Shown: in pieces, positions 33,416 to 44,400 of the stretch
How positions within the stretch are numbered: the stretch's first letter is position 1
Layout: every line of letters begins with the position of its first letter
Source: an uncultured delta proteobacterium
GTDB taxonomy: Bacteria > Desulfobacterota > Binatia > UBA9968
Assembly (NCBI GenBank): GCA_963745835.1
Contig: CAVUZH010000025.1
Location: 143,070 to 207,069 of the forward strand
Direction of reading: 5' to 3'
Length of the DNA: 64,000 bases
Notes under the pieces: model-generated
The model's database searches: none
Told to the model about the DNA's origin: nothing
What the model saw: only the letters and a program-made list of their open reading frames with translations
Position numbers and translations under genes: made by a program

Positions 33416-34444
33416 TTGAATTCGTACCCTCATCCCGCGGCGCTCTGGAGTTTAGATCGCCATTCATGTTTCTTTAACGACGATGCTCGCGAATTGTTGG
33501 GTTTTTGCGAACATGACTTCAAGCAGGATGCTGCGCTTTGGTTAGAGCGGATTCATCCTGATGACCGTAAGGAGTTTTTGCGCGCGTGGAAAAGTCTGCA
33601 GGCGGGCGAAACTAGAGTTTCCTCGCGCTACCGGTTCCAACCCAAAGATCGAGGTCAGGTGCTTTGGTTGAGAGAGGTTTCTTTTCTTTATACGAGCAGC
33701 GGAGCGGAAAAGCCCAATGTTTGGACGGTTTACCTCGAAGAGCTGGCCTCGGAGAGCTTGTTTCGCGGCACGGGCCAGGTCCGCAACTTTGTGCGCGGCT
33801 TGACCCACGAAATGGGTAATAATCTTCAGGCGATCCGCGGCGAGCTGGACATCCTTCGATTTTCTCATGCAATTCCGAAAGACAGCGCGGAGACAATCTA
33901 TCGGGGAATAAACCAAGTTCGAAGGTTAGTTCACGAGATCGAGGAGTATCTTTTTCCGTCATCGGTCGAGCCTAAGACTGAGGATCCGGCGTCCGTGTTA
34001 GCCGAAGTCATTCAGAGCCGCGAAAAAGAGATGGCGGCGCACGGGATTCGCACCGGGATGAAGCTCAAGCAGTCTCTTCCTAAGGTGCCGCTGGACTTAC
34101 AGTTCGGCAGAGCTCTCACCAACGTCATTGATTTTTCGCAAGCGCTTCTTTCCAAAGGCGGCGAACTTAATATCGAAGCCGGCGTGTGCCGGCAGGATGG
34201 GGAAAACTACATCGAGTTGAACATCGTTAGCTCGTCGGATACGTCACTGCAGGTGGAGGAAGGCGACGTATTTCGACCCTTTGCCAATGTTAATGGCCAT
34301 CGCGCCGGCCTCAGTATGGCGGTGGCGCAACAGATTCTTAAGCGCCATTTCGGCAAAATCGTATTTCGCAAAGAACAATCGAATCGAGGCGTATTCTCTC
34401 TGTTGATCCGTGTGCCCAACACCGCGCTCCCTGGTAAGAATTAG
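33416..34444 (+). CDS. PAS sensor histidine kinase with degenerate HATPase domain
   Basis: PAS_3 (WLERIHPDDR), H-box LTHEMGNNL, F-box VFRPF; N, G1 and G2 boxes altered. Confidence 0.75.
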   Translation: MNSYPHPAALWSLDRHSCFFNDDARELLGFCEHDFKQDAALWLERIHPDDRKEFLRAWKSLQAGETRVSSRYRFQPKDRGQVLWLREVSFLYTSSGAEKPNVWTVYLEELASESLFRGTGQVRNFVRGLTHEMGNNLQAIRGELDILRFSHAIPKDSAETIYRGINQVRRLVHEIEEYLFPSSVEPKTEDPASVLAEVIQSREKEMAAHGIRTGMKLKQSLPKVPLDLQFGRALTNVIDFSQALLSKGGELNIEAGVCRQDGENYIELNIVSSSDTSLQVEEGDVFRPFANVNGHRAGLSMAVAQQILKRHFGKIVFRKEQSNRGVFSLLIRVPNTALPGKN

Positions 34445-34446
34445 AT

Positions 34447-35973
34447 ATGCCATTAGCAGAGATCGACAAATCTCGAACTGCCGGGTGGGCAGCTGGCTCG
34501 GGCAAATCGCTGGCCGGCAACTCACCAGTCCAGCCAAGCAGCGCCATCAGTTCTTTGATTCCCAATGTGCTGGTCGTCGACGATGATGCGACGATCCGCA
34601 GTCAGCTGGTTCGTCTGTATAGTCACAGCGGTTATACGGTGGTCCCGGTATCCTCGGCTGAAGAAGCACTGTCACAGCTTGCGCAAGGCAATATTGATTT
34701 CGTTATAACCGACATCAAGCTGCCGGGGTTGAGCGGCATTGACCTGATCGCCAACATGCAAGAGAACTTTCCCGATGTGCCGGTGATTGCGATCACCGGG
34801 TTCAAAGACATCGATACCGCGGTAAACGTGCTGAAGCATGGCGCAGCGGATTTTGTGGTCAAGCCGTTCGATCTGGGCACGGTACAGGAATCGACGCGTG
34901 TAGCACTGGAGAAGACCCGGGTCTACATGGAGATTCGCCATCTGCGTCGGGGTCTTAAGAACGGCTCTGAGTTTGGCGGCATGCTCAGCAAAACGGCCGA
35001 GATGCATCGGATGTTCGAAATCATCCGCATGGTAGCGCCCACCGAGATGACGGTCTCCATCGAAGGAGAAACCGGCACCGGTAAGGAGTTAGTGGCCAGC
35101 GCGGTTCACTATCATAGCGGGCGGCGCGAAAAACCGTTTGTCACGATTAACTGCGCCGGTTTTCCCGAATCCCTGCTCGAGAGCGAGCTTTTTGGATACG
35201 AACGAGGCGCCTTTACCGGCGCAGTACAAGCCAAGGCAGGAAAGATTGAGCTAGCCCACGGCGGCACCTTGTTTCTCGATGAGATCGAGAGCATCTCAGT
35301 GGTCATGCAGGGCAAATTGCTCCGGGTGTTGGAAGATCAGAAGGTTCAGCGGCTCGGTGGCAGCGCCGATATTCACGTTGACATGCGGGTGATCACGGCC
35401 ACCAATGTGCCGCTCAAGCAGCTTGTCGCCGAAGGCAAAATGCGCTCGGATTTTTATTATCGGGTCAATGTCATCCCGATCCACCTGATCCCGTTACAGC
35501 AGAGAAAGGTGGATATTCCTCTATTGGTTCAGGATTTTCTCCATCGTCATCCGGTGGCCGCGGGCAAGGGGATCACCTCGATTTCCAAGCAAGCGATGCG
35601 TCGGCTGTTGGACTATTCCTGGCCGGGCAACATTCGCGAACTGCAAAATGTTCTCGAGCGCGCCATCGTTCTCAACACCGGCAGAACCATCGAACATGTC
35701 GATCTACCGGAAGTCAGCTTTGAGGCGCATCCAAGCAGGGGCGGCAACGCCTTTAACGCCCCGCTCAACCAATGGCTGCAGGAAAAAGAAAAGGAGTATC
35801 TGGCGCAAAAACTCGATGATTTCGGCGGCAACGTCGGACTCACCGCAAAGAGCTGCCGGATCGGCGTGCGCACCCTTTCTCGTAAGATGCGCGCTTACGG
35901 CCTCGATAAAAAGCTGTTCAAACAAAAAAGCGACCTCGCAAAAGCTATCCTACCCAAGACAGGCCAGGCCTGA
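34447..35973 (+). CDS. sigma54-dependent response regulator (REC-AAA+-Fis HTH)
   Basis: VLVVDDD..TDIKLP; GETGTGKE, ESELFG, GAFTGA, WPGNIREL, C-terminal HTH. Confidence 0.95.
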   Translation: MPLAEIDKSRTAGWAAGSGKSLAGNSPVQPSSAISSLIPNVLVVDDDATIRSQLVRLYSHSGYTVVPVSSAEEALSQLAQGNIDFVITDIKLPGLSGIDLIANMQENFPDVPVIAITGFKDIDTAVNVLKHGAADFVVKPFDLGTVQESTRVALEKTRVYMEIRHLRRGLKNGSEFGGMLSKTAEMHRMFEIIRMVAPTEMTVSIEGETGTGKELVASAVHYHSGRREKPFVTINCAGFPESLLESELFGYERGAFTGAVQAKAGKIELAHGGTLFLDEIESISVVMQGKLLRVLEDQKVQRLGGSADIHVDMRVITATNVPLKQLVAEGKMRSDFYYRVNVIPIHLIPLQQRKVDIPLLVQDFLHRHPVAAGKGITSISKQAMRRLLDYSWPGNIRELQNVLERAIVLNTGRTIEHVDLPEVSFEAHPSRGGNAFNAPLNQWLQEKEKEYLAQKLDDFGGNVGLTAKSCRIGVRTLSRKMRAYGLDKKLFKQKSDLAKAILPKTGQA

Positions 35974-36390
35974 TCCATCCCGCAGATTTAGCTCACCGTT
36001 CCCGGCGTTCCTTCTCTCCTCTTCCTACGAGATTTTGTTCCATCCACCTTTGAATCCGTGCCGGAGGTGCGCGGGCCGATAGTCTCAACTCGCTGGCATA
36101 ATTTATTAGATTGTATATCGCCACTCTAATTTGCTAGACATACGGCCAAGGTTCTTCTGGTACACCCCGGATTGCTGCACTCAAACACAGAAGCCTTCGC
36201 GGAAGCATTTTTCCCCGCTGGTTGGCTGACGCCAAGCAACCATGAGAAGATCGAACTGGCACCGATTCAGGGTGCTGAGTGGCGGGTTGACGGGTATGGC
36301 TAACTGATTTAATGCAGTTTGTTCGAGATGATTGATCATTGTGCGCACTAGACTTCTAAATCAACATCAAGACCGAAAGAGAGAGGAACG

Positions 36391-37251
36391 ATGACAGAAC
36401 AGCAGTCGAAAGTGGCTCAACTTCTAAGAAAAAATGAACGAGATGTTTTACAGCAGTGGTTGTCGTACCAGATCTCCGCGACAACGATGCGAGCCGATTT
36501 GATCAAAGAGAGCGATTTGCGCGAGGAATCGCGGCGGTTTCTGCAACTCTTTAACGAGGTCGTGCAACAGAACGGGGATGACGAAAATGCCGGCTCCTGG
36601 AAATCGGTCAAAGACATGCTCCGCGAAGTATCGCGCAGCCGCGTTGTCCAAGGTTTCAGTCCGTCTGAAACCGCCACGTTCATTTTTTCGCTCAAGCAGC
36701 CGATCTTCGATATGTTGCGGCGCGAGATACGCGATGTTGACGAACTGTGCCGCGAGATCTGGGCGGCCACGGCTCTGCTCGACAAGCTCGGACTGTACAC
36801 CACGGAAGCCTACCTGCAGAGCCGCGAGTCAATCATCTCGCGCCAGCAGCAAGAATTGATGGAGCTATCCACTCCTGTGGTCCAGCTCTGGGACAATGTC
36901 CTCGCACTGCCACTAATCGGTACACTCGACAGCGAACGCACTCAAGTGGTGATGGAGAACTTGCTCGAGAAAGTAGTCGAGACCGGCGCAAAGATAGCGA
37001 TCATCGATATCACCGGCGTTCCCACTGTGGACACACTGGTTGCGCAACATCTACTCAAGACAGTCGCCGCCGCCCGGCTCATGGGAGCCGATTGCATCAT
37101 CAGCGGCATTCGTCCGCAGATCGCTCAGACCATCGTTCACCTGGGCATCAACCTGGCCGATATCATCACTAAAGCGACCTTAGCCGATGCATTCGCCATT
37201 GCCCTGCAGCGGACCGGAGCCAAGGTGACGCGCCTGAGCGGCAAAGAGTGA
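36391..37251 (+). CDS. rsbR: Stressosome sensor RsbR (RsbRD_N + STAS)
   Basis: QGFSPSETATF, ELSTPV, GTLDSER, PTVDTLVAQHL. Confidence 0.93.
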   Translation: MTEQQSKVAQLLRKNERDVLQQWLSYQISATTMRADLIKESDLREESRRFLQLFNEVVQQNGDDENAGSWKSVKDMLREVSRSRVVQGFSPSETATFIFSLKQPIFDMLRREIRDVDELCREIWAATALLDKLGLYTTEAYLQSRESIISRQQQELMELSTPVVQLWDNVLALPLIGTLDSERTQVVMENLLEKVVETGAKIAIIDITGVPTVDTLVAQHLLKTVAAARLMGADCIISGIRPQIAQTIVHLGINLADIITKATLADAFAIALQRTGAKVTRLSGKE

Positions 37252-37259
37252 GGTAATTG

Positions 37260-37649
37260 ATGGAACGGATTCCAATCCTGAAAATGGGCCGCTTTCTACT
37301 CGTGACTATTCAGGTGGACATGCACGATCGCTTGGCAATGACGCTTCAAGAGGACTTGACCGATCGTATCGTCAAAGACCACGCGCACGGGGTGTTGCTC
37401 GATATTTCCTCCTTGGAAATCGTCGACTCCTTTATCGGCCGCATGATCGGTCACATTGCCGGCGTCTCTCGCGTGCTCGATGCCAAAACCGTGGTGGTGG
37501 GAATGAGACCTGCCGTCGCCATCACGCTGGTAGAATTGGGCATGACCCTCGATGGAGTGAGCACCGCGCTGAATGTCGATACCGGTATGGCGATGTTGAA
37601 CGCCTCGCTGGAAGAGAGGGAACAACTTAATGGTGGTTCTCAAGGATGA
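37260..37649 (+). CDS. rsbS: Stressosome antagonist RsbS (STAS)
   Basis: IPILK, IVDSFIGR (phospho-Ser), GMRPAVAITLVELG. Confidence 0.93.
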   Translation: MERIPILKMGRFLLVTIQVDMHDRLAMTLQEDLTDRIVKDHAHGVLLDISSLEIVDSFIGRMIGHIAGVSRVLDAKTVVVGMRPAVAITLVELGMTLDGVSTALNVDTGMAMLNASLEEREQLNGGSQG

Positions 37650-38040
37650 GACTGCTTCAATCCGGAGTTCTGACGACATCGTCAAGGTACGCCGGATTGT
37701 CCGAGAGTGGGCGGTATCGCTGGGGTTCAGCTTAGTGGATCAGACCAAGGTCGTTACGGCAGCCAGTGAGTTGGCGCGTAATGTCATCGATTACGGTGGC
37801 GGTGGCGACTTTCGGATCGAGGCGCTCAACAATCATGCCCGGCGCGGACTGCGGCTGACGTTTTCTGATGAAGGACCGGGTATTGTTGATCTGGAACAGG
37901 CAATGAAGGACGGGTTTACCACCGGTGGAGGGTTGGGTCTCGGGCTCGGCGGCGCCAAGCGGTTGGTAAACGAATTCCTAATCGATTCGAAACCAGGGCG
38001 AGGCACTACCGTGGTGATTGTCCGCTGGAAGAATCTATGA
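37630..38040 (+). CDS. rsbT: Stressosome Ser/Thr kinase RsbT
   Basis: TAASELARN, DEGPGI, DGFTTGGGLGLGL.GAKRL. Confidence 0.93.
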   Translation: MVVLKDETASIRSSDDIVKVRRIVREWAVSLGFSLVDQTKVVTAASELARNVIDYGGGGDFRIEALNNHARRGLRLTFSDEGPGIVDLEQAMKDGFTTGGGLGLGLGGAKRLVNEFLIDSKPGRGTTVVIVRWKNL

Positions 38041-39065
38041 TCCCTGTTTGGGAAAGGCAGAAGACTTTTGAAATAAGTGAGCCAAGCCACGTCGCCGAGG
38101 CGCGGCGCTTTACCAAGAGGATGGCCGAAGACGCGGGCTTCAACGAATCTCAAGCCGGCGGCGTCGCGCTCGTCACCACGGAATTGGCAACCAACCTGCT
38201 GAAGCACGCCAGCAGCGGTGAGATCGTCGTCCGACCCATCGTTGAGCGGGGCATCGCGGGGGTGGAACTACTAGCTCTCGACAAAGGCTCGGGAATCGCG
38301 AATGTTGCTGAATCTTTCCGTGATGGCTATTCGACTGCTGGGACTGCGGGCACGGGTCTTGGTGCCATCGCCCGGGTGGCTGCCGAATTCGACGTTCAAA
38401 CGCAGCCAGGGAAGGGTACCGCCGTGATGGCCCGGCTCTGGGGTGGCAAGATTGGCGAGGCGTCTGAAAATCACATTGCGATTGGCGCGATTTGTAAGCC
38501 GATGCCCGGCGAGACGCGTTGCGGTGATGGATGGGGCTGCGAGCTCCTCGCAGATCGGTGCATTTTGGTGCTGGTCGACGGCTTGGGCCACGGAACGGGT
38601 GCTGCGGCCGCAGCCGAACTGGCCGTTGCCAGCGTGCGCCAGCACCGCGCCAAAGCTCCGGCGGCAATCGTTCAATACGCTCACGACGCGCTACGCGCCA
38701 CGCGCGGCGCGGCTCTCGCCGTGGCTGAGGTCGATTTGGCTCAGCAATCGCTGCGTTTTTGCGGCATAGGAAACATTTCCGCCACTATCATTTCTGGAGA
38801 CAGCCTGCGCCATCTAGTTTCTTACAACGGCACTGCTGGTCACGAAGCGCGCAAGATTGTCGAGTTCACCTATCCATGGAGTGCAAACGCGCTGTTGATC
38901 ATGCACTCTGACGGACTGATGACGCGCTGGAATCTGCAGGCCTATCCTGGGTTGCTTCAGCGTCATCCAAGCCTTATCGCCGGTGTCCTTTATCGGGATT
39001 TTGGCCGCGGCCGCGATGACGTCACTGTACTAACCGCCAAATGCCCTAGCGTGAGTACTGAGTAG
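38037..39065 (+). CDS. HATPase + SpoIIE/PP2C phosphatase (RsbX-like)
   Basis: ELATNLLKH, DKGSG, GTGLG; CGDG, DGLGHG, HSDGL, RDDVT. Confidence 0.88.
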   Translation: MIPVWERQKTFEISEPSHVAEARRFTKRMAEDAGFNESQAGGVALVTTELATNLLKHASSGEIVVRPIVERGIAGVELLALDKGSGIANVAESFRDGYSTAGTAGTGLGAIARVAAEFDVQTQPGKGTAVMARLWGGKIGEASENHIAIGAICKPMPGETRCGDGWGCELLADRCILVLVDGLGHGTGAAAAAELAVASVRQHRAKAPAAIVQYAHDALRATRGAALAVAEVDLAQQSLRFCGIGNISATIISGDSLRHLVSYNGTAGHEARKIVEFTYPWSANALLIMHSDGLMTRWNLQAYPGLLQRHPSLIAGVLYRDFGRGRDDVTVLTAKCPSVSTE

Positions 39066-39201
39066 AAATCAGCCATAAGCTGGACAATGATTCAGCCGCG
39101 ATCCGGCCGATAAATGTTCGAACACAGAGATCGTTTTACTTGAGGTCTTGTTTAGGAGTTGTGCTGAGAGCCGCATCAGAACGACAAACCAGGACCGCCC
39201 T

Positions 39202-41436
39202 ATGAGTTATTCGATCACCCACCTTAGCATCGAATACGAGCACGATGTTGTCTTAGTGCGCCAACGGGCGCGCGAGATCGCCGCATTGCTCGGCTTCGAT
39301 AATCAAGATCAGACGCGCGTTGCCACGGCAGTCTCCGAGCTGGCGCGCAACACTTTTGTTTATGCCGGCCGTGGCAGGGTGGATTTCGAGATTGAAGGGC
39401 GGACCGTGCCGCAGCTTTTCGTTATCCGGATTGGCGACAACGGTCCCGGTATCGCAAATCTTCAGGAAATTCTGGAAGGGCGTTATGTGTCGCGCACCGG
39501 AATGGGGATTGGGCTGATTGGGGTCCGGCGGCTGGTCGATCAATGCGAGATCCACAGTGATCCCAAAGAAGGAACCAAGATCGCTCTCCGAAAAATTATG
39601 CCGCGTCATGCGCCGCTGGTCACAACCGCGTCTCTGCGCAGTTTGGTCGATCACTTGTCCCAGCGGCAACCGCAGGGTCCGATGGAGGAAGTCCAACAGC
39701 AAAATCGGGAGCTGGTGCGCGCTTTAGCAGATTTGCGCGAGCGGCAAGATGAGTTGGCGCGGATCAATCGGGAACTTGAAGACACAAACCGCGGCGTGGT
39801 GGCGCTTTATGCCGAGTTAGATGAAAAGGCCAGTCACTTGCGTCGCGCCGACGAAATGAAGTCACGCTTTCTTTCCAACATGAGTCACGAATTTCGCACG
39901 CCGCTCAATTCGATCTTGGCATTATCGGGATTGTTGCTGGAGCGCGCCGACGGGGAACTAACCAGCGAACAAGACAAACAAGTCGACTTCATCCGAAAGG
40001 GCGCGGAGACTCTGCTGGAGTTGGTAAACGATCTATTGGATTTGGCAAAAATCGAGGCCGGCAAGGTCGAGGTCCAGCCGGTCGACTTCGAAGTGTCCAA
40101 TCTTTTCAGCGCGCTCCGCGGCATGCTGCGTCCGCTCCTGGTGACTCAGAGCGTTGGCCTGGTTTTCGAAGATCCCGGGGAGATTCCTTGTTTATACACC
40201 GACGAAGGCAAGCTGTCGCAAATCTTGCGCAATTTTATTTCAAATGCGCTGAAGTTCACGGAACAGGGTTTGATCTCGGTTGCAGCAACTTTCAATAAAA
40301 CGGATCAGACGGTGACATTTGCGGTCTCGGATACCGGCATGGGTATCCCGGCTGAGGACCAGTCGAAGATTTTTGAGGAATTTATCCAACTCGAAAATCC
40401 GGCACAACGAAAAATCAAGGGCACGGGTCTCGGGCTTCCCCTATGCTGCAAATTGGCTACACTGCTGAATGGAAAAATCGATCTGGTGAGTCAGATAGGG
40501 ATCGGTTCAACGTTTTCAGTGACAATTCCGCTTTATCATTCGCAGGTGCTTGAGAGCCAGACAGTTGGCGAAGCGAAACCGGCGGCTTTATGGGAAATCG
40601 ATGAAACACGCATTCCCGTTTTGGTTCTGGAGGACGCTCCAGAGACTCGCCTCCTCTATGAAAAGTTTCTTCGTCAATCTGCGTTTCAACAGATCTCGGC
40701 GAATAACCTGGGTGAGGCCCGCCGAATACTACAGCAGGTTCGGCCGCGCGCCATCATTATGGATATTCTTCTACGCGGTGAAGACTCGTGGAGCTGGTTG
40801 GCCGAGCTCAAGGCGGAGAGCGCGACGCGGGACATCCCGGTGCTGGTTATCACCAGTGTCGACGACGAACGCAAGGGCCTATCCCTAGGCGCCGATGCGT
40901 ACTGCCTGAAGCCGATCGGGCGCGAAACCTTGATCGGGCACCTTCATGCTCTTACTGCTGCAAGTGCTGAAATCCCGGGAGCAGAACAAGCGCTCCAACA
41001 CGGAAATGAGCAGCCCTGTATCTTGATCATCGACGACGAACCGGTGGACCGCTACATACTCGTGCGCCTTCTCGAGCAACAGCCATGCATCGTTGAGCAG
41101 GCGGCAAGCGGGTTGGAAGGTCTAAAAATCTTGCAAGAAATCAAACCGGATCTTATTTTTCTGGATCTCAACATGCCAGGTCTCTCAGGCTACGATGTTT
41201 TGAATCACATCAAGGCCCATCCGGCTACGCGCAATATTCCGGTGGCGGTGGTGACATCGGCCGAGCTTGACGGGCATCAGCGTCAAGAACTCAAAAAAAA
41301 GGCCTTTGCGCTAATAAATAAGGTTGACCTCTCAGCCAAAGCCGTTGATGATTTGCTTGCGGCAGCGATGGCGCAGGCGGCCCTGCAGGCACGATTGGGC
41401 GAGATGCACAATTCCGAGGCTAGCGGCAACGGCTGA
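39202..41436 (+). CDS. Hybrid histidine kinase with N-terminal RsbT-like domain and two receiver domains
   Basis: TAVSELARN..DNGPG; ELEDTNRGVVALY coil; MSHEFRTPL, NALKFT, DTGMG, GTGLGL; two REC domains. Confidence 0.92.
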   Translation: MSYSITHLSIEYEHDVVLVRQRAREIAALLGFDNQDQTRVATAVSELARNTFVYAGRGRVDFEIEGRTVPQLFVIRIGDNGPGIANLQEILEGRYVSRTGMGIGLIGVRRLVDQCEIHSDPKEGTKIALRKIMPRHAPLVTTASLRSLVDHLSQRQPQGPMEEVQQQNRELVRALADLRERQDELARINRELEDTNRGVVALYAELDEKASHLRRADEMKSRFLSNMSHEFRTPLNSILALSGLLLERADGELTSEQDKQVDFIRKGAETLLELVNDLLDLAKIEAGKVEVQPVDFEVSNLFSALRGMLRPLLVTQSVGLVFEDPGEIPCLYTDEGKLSQILRNFISNALKFTEQGLISVAATFNKTDQTVTFAVSDTGMGIPAEDQSKIFEEFIQLENPAQRKIKGTGLGLPLCCKLATLLNGKIDLVSQIGIGSTFSVTIPLYHSQVLESQTVGEAKPAALWEIDETRIPVLVLEDAPETRLLYEKFLRQSAFQQISANNLGEARRILQQVRPRAIIMDILLRGEDSWSWLAELKAESATRDIPVLVITSVDDERKGLSLGADAYCLKPIGRETLIGHLHALTAASAEIPGAEQALQHGNEQPCILIIDDEPVDRYILVRLLEQQPCIVEQAASGLEGLKILQEIKPDLIFLDLNMPGLSGYDVLNHIKAHPATRNIPVAVVTSAELDGHQRQELKKKAFALINKVDLSAKAVDDLLAAAMAQAALQARLGEMHNSEASGNG

Positions 41437-41477
41437 AATCGCATCGACCAGCAGAGTCGGCCGGATTCGCATGAGAG

Positions 41478-44400
41478 ATGCTCATGACTGAACCGTTGGC
41501 CCATACTATTGTCAATGTAGATGACGATGATGCCGGCCGTTATACCAAGAGCCGGATTCTTCGCCGCGCCGGCTATCGGGTGCTCGAAGCTTCAACCGGC
41601 GCAGATGGTCTTGGTTTAGTGGCCGAGGTAAAACCGCAGCTGCTCCTTCTGGAAGTGAACTTGCCGGATATGAGCGGGCTGGAGGTTTGCCGCATGCTTA
41701 AAGCCAACCCTTCAACATCCGACATTCTCGTTTTGCAGATTTCAGCTTCGCGGACTACGGCAGAAGACCGTGTGTTTGGCTTGGAAGGCGGAGCGGATGC
41801 TTACCTGACTGAGCCGCTGCAAGCAAATGAGCTGGTTGCAACCTCCCGCGCGCTGCTGCGCCTTTACAGCCGTGAACAAGAAAACCGAGAATTGCTGGCT
41901 GCCTTGCGCCGCAGCGAAGCGCAGTTTCGTGCCAGCTTCGAGCTGGCCGGCGTCGGCAAGACGCAAATCGACGCCTCGACGGGAAAATTCATTCGCGTCA
42001 ATAAATGTTTCTGTGAGCTGGTTGGTTATACCGAGTCAGAGCTGTTGGGCTTGGCGCCATCCGACCTGACTCACCCAGCCGATCGCCGCCGTGAAGACGA
42101 GTTAGTTGCCGCGTTATTGCGAGGCGAAACCGAGGATCTGGTCGGAGAAAAACGTCTGGTGCGCAAAGACGGCCGGATTCTCTGGGTCTCGATCAACGTC
42201 AAATTGATCCGCGATGTCACGGGCGCGCCGGAGCGGACAATTTCTGTCGTCGTCGACATCAGCGAGCGCAAGCGCGCTGAAGAGCGAGCGCGCCGGCAGA
42301 ACGAACGACTGACGTTGCTTGCGCAAGTCTCGGAGCGACTGCTTACCGCGCATGATTCCGCTGTGATGATCAGAGAAGTTTTCGAGACCGTGCGACAGCA
42401 CCTCGCATTGGATACCTACTTCAATTACCGGGTGGACAGTTCCGGTTCCGCCCTCGTGCTGGAGTCCCGCGGCGATGCAGACCCTGATGCATTGCCCGCC
42501 TCACAGCCGCTCGATATCAGCAAATCCCTCCATGAGGTTCCCGCCCATTTACGCCAGGAGGTCATCCGGAAAGCACTCAAGAAAGTCGATGATCAACAGG
42601 CGAAGTCTGCCCATGCGCGGGGCTTTTCCGCCTACGCCGGTCATCCTCTGCTGCTTGCCGAGCGCTTGATCGGCACACTATGTTTCGCGAGCAAGAGGCG
42701 CGACGATTTCGACAACGACGAAATCGACTTCATGCGCACGATTTGCCATTACGTGGCGATGGCGCAAGAGCGTTTGCGCCTCCTGGCGGAATCACAGCAG
42801 CAGGTGGAGCGGCTTGAGCAAAGTGAAAGCAGGCTCCGGCTGGCGGTGGACGGCGCCGGCATGGGAATCTGGGATGTAGATTTGCGAACCGACACTTTAG
42901 TCTGGAATCGGGAGCTGTATTCGCTGCTGGGATACGTTTCGGATGCCGGACCCGTGACCCGCCAGATGTGGCGCTCGCGTATTTATCCTGAGGATTTCGC
43001 CGGTGTCGCGCAAGCGATGGAGCGAGCTAAGTCGTCCCGATCCCTCTACTGTCTGGAACACCGGATCATACGGGCCGATAATGGCGAGATTCGCTGGCTG
43101 GCGCCGTTCGGCCGGTTTCTCTACGATGATGCGGGCGCGGCGGTTCGGTTTCTTGGCATCGTGTTTGACTTCACCGACCGGAAACGCGCTGAGGATGCCT
43201 TTCATGAGACTGCTGAGCGGCTTCGTTTAGCGCAGGTCAGCGCTCATCTTGGTATCTTCGACTGGAACGCGCGAACCAACGATTTAGCATGGACGCCCGA
43301 GCAAGAGATGGTCTATGGAGTGCCGGCTCGGGGCATGACCCGTTACGAGCACTGGCAAAAGCTGGTTCACCCGGAGGACCTTGCGCGAGTGGAGGCTGAG
43401 CGTGCTGAGGCCATTCGGCAGAGGCAGCCGTTCACTTTGGAATATCGCATTTTGCATCCTTCCGGAAAGATTCACTGGGTATCTTCCAAGGGCCAGGGTT
43501 GGTACGACGCCGCCGGCGAGCTAACTCGCGTCCTTGGCGTCAACATCGACATTACTGAAACCAAGCGAGCCGAAGAACAGCTGCGCCACCAGAAGCAACT
43601 GCTAGAGACAATTACAGATAATGCGCCATCGATGTTGTTTATGACCGATCCGATGGGACGCGTTACCTTTGCCAATCCGGCGGCAAGGCATTTGACTGGT
43701 TACGATGAGCAAGAGCTGATCGGCCAGATTCTGCATGAAAAAATTCATCACAGCCGGCCCGACGGCTCGCCTTACCCGATCAGCGATTGCCGACTTCATA
43801 ATGTGCTGCCGTTTGACGAAAGAATTACCGGTCACGAAGAGATGTTCGTGCGCAAGGACGGTACGTTTTTCTCTGTGCGTTGCGCCGCCAGCTCGATAAT
43901 TCAGGACGGCATGCCCGTCGGCACCGTAATCGAGGGCCAGGACATCACCAAAGAAAAGATAGCCGAGCGCGCGCTGCGGGACAGTGAAGAACGGCTGCGC
44001 ATGCTGTCCAACTATGTGCCGGTGTTCGTCTGGGCTTGCCGCGCCGACGGCTGGTGCTATTCGCTCAATGACCGCTGGTACGAGTATACCGGTTTTAAGC
44101 CGGAGCAGGCGCTCGGTGTCGGTTGGTTGGACGCGCTACATCCGGAAGATCGGGAGCAGGCGCTCTCGAAATGGGATCAGGCTGTCGCTCGAGGGGGCGG
44201 TTACGAGATGGAGTTGCGTTGCCGGCGTCATGATGGCGAATATCGCTGGTTTATCGCGAAAGCTCTTCCGGTTAAGGATGCGAGCGGCCTGATTACCGAT
44301 TGGTTCGGCACCAGCTTGGATATCCATGACCGCAAATCATGGGAACAGAGCCTCGCTCATCTTGCCGCCATCGTAACATCATCGCAGGACGCCGTCATCT

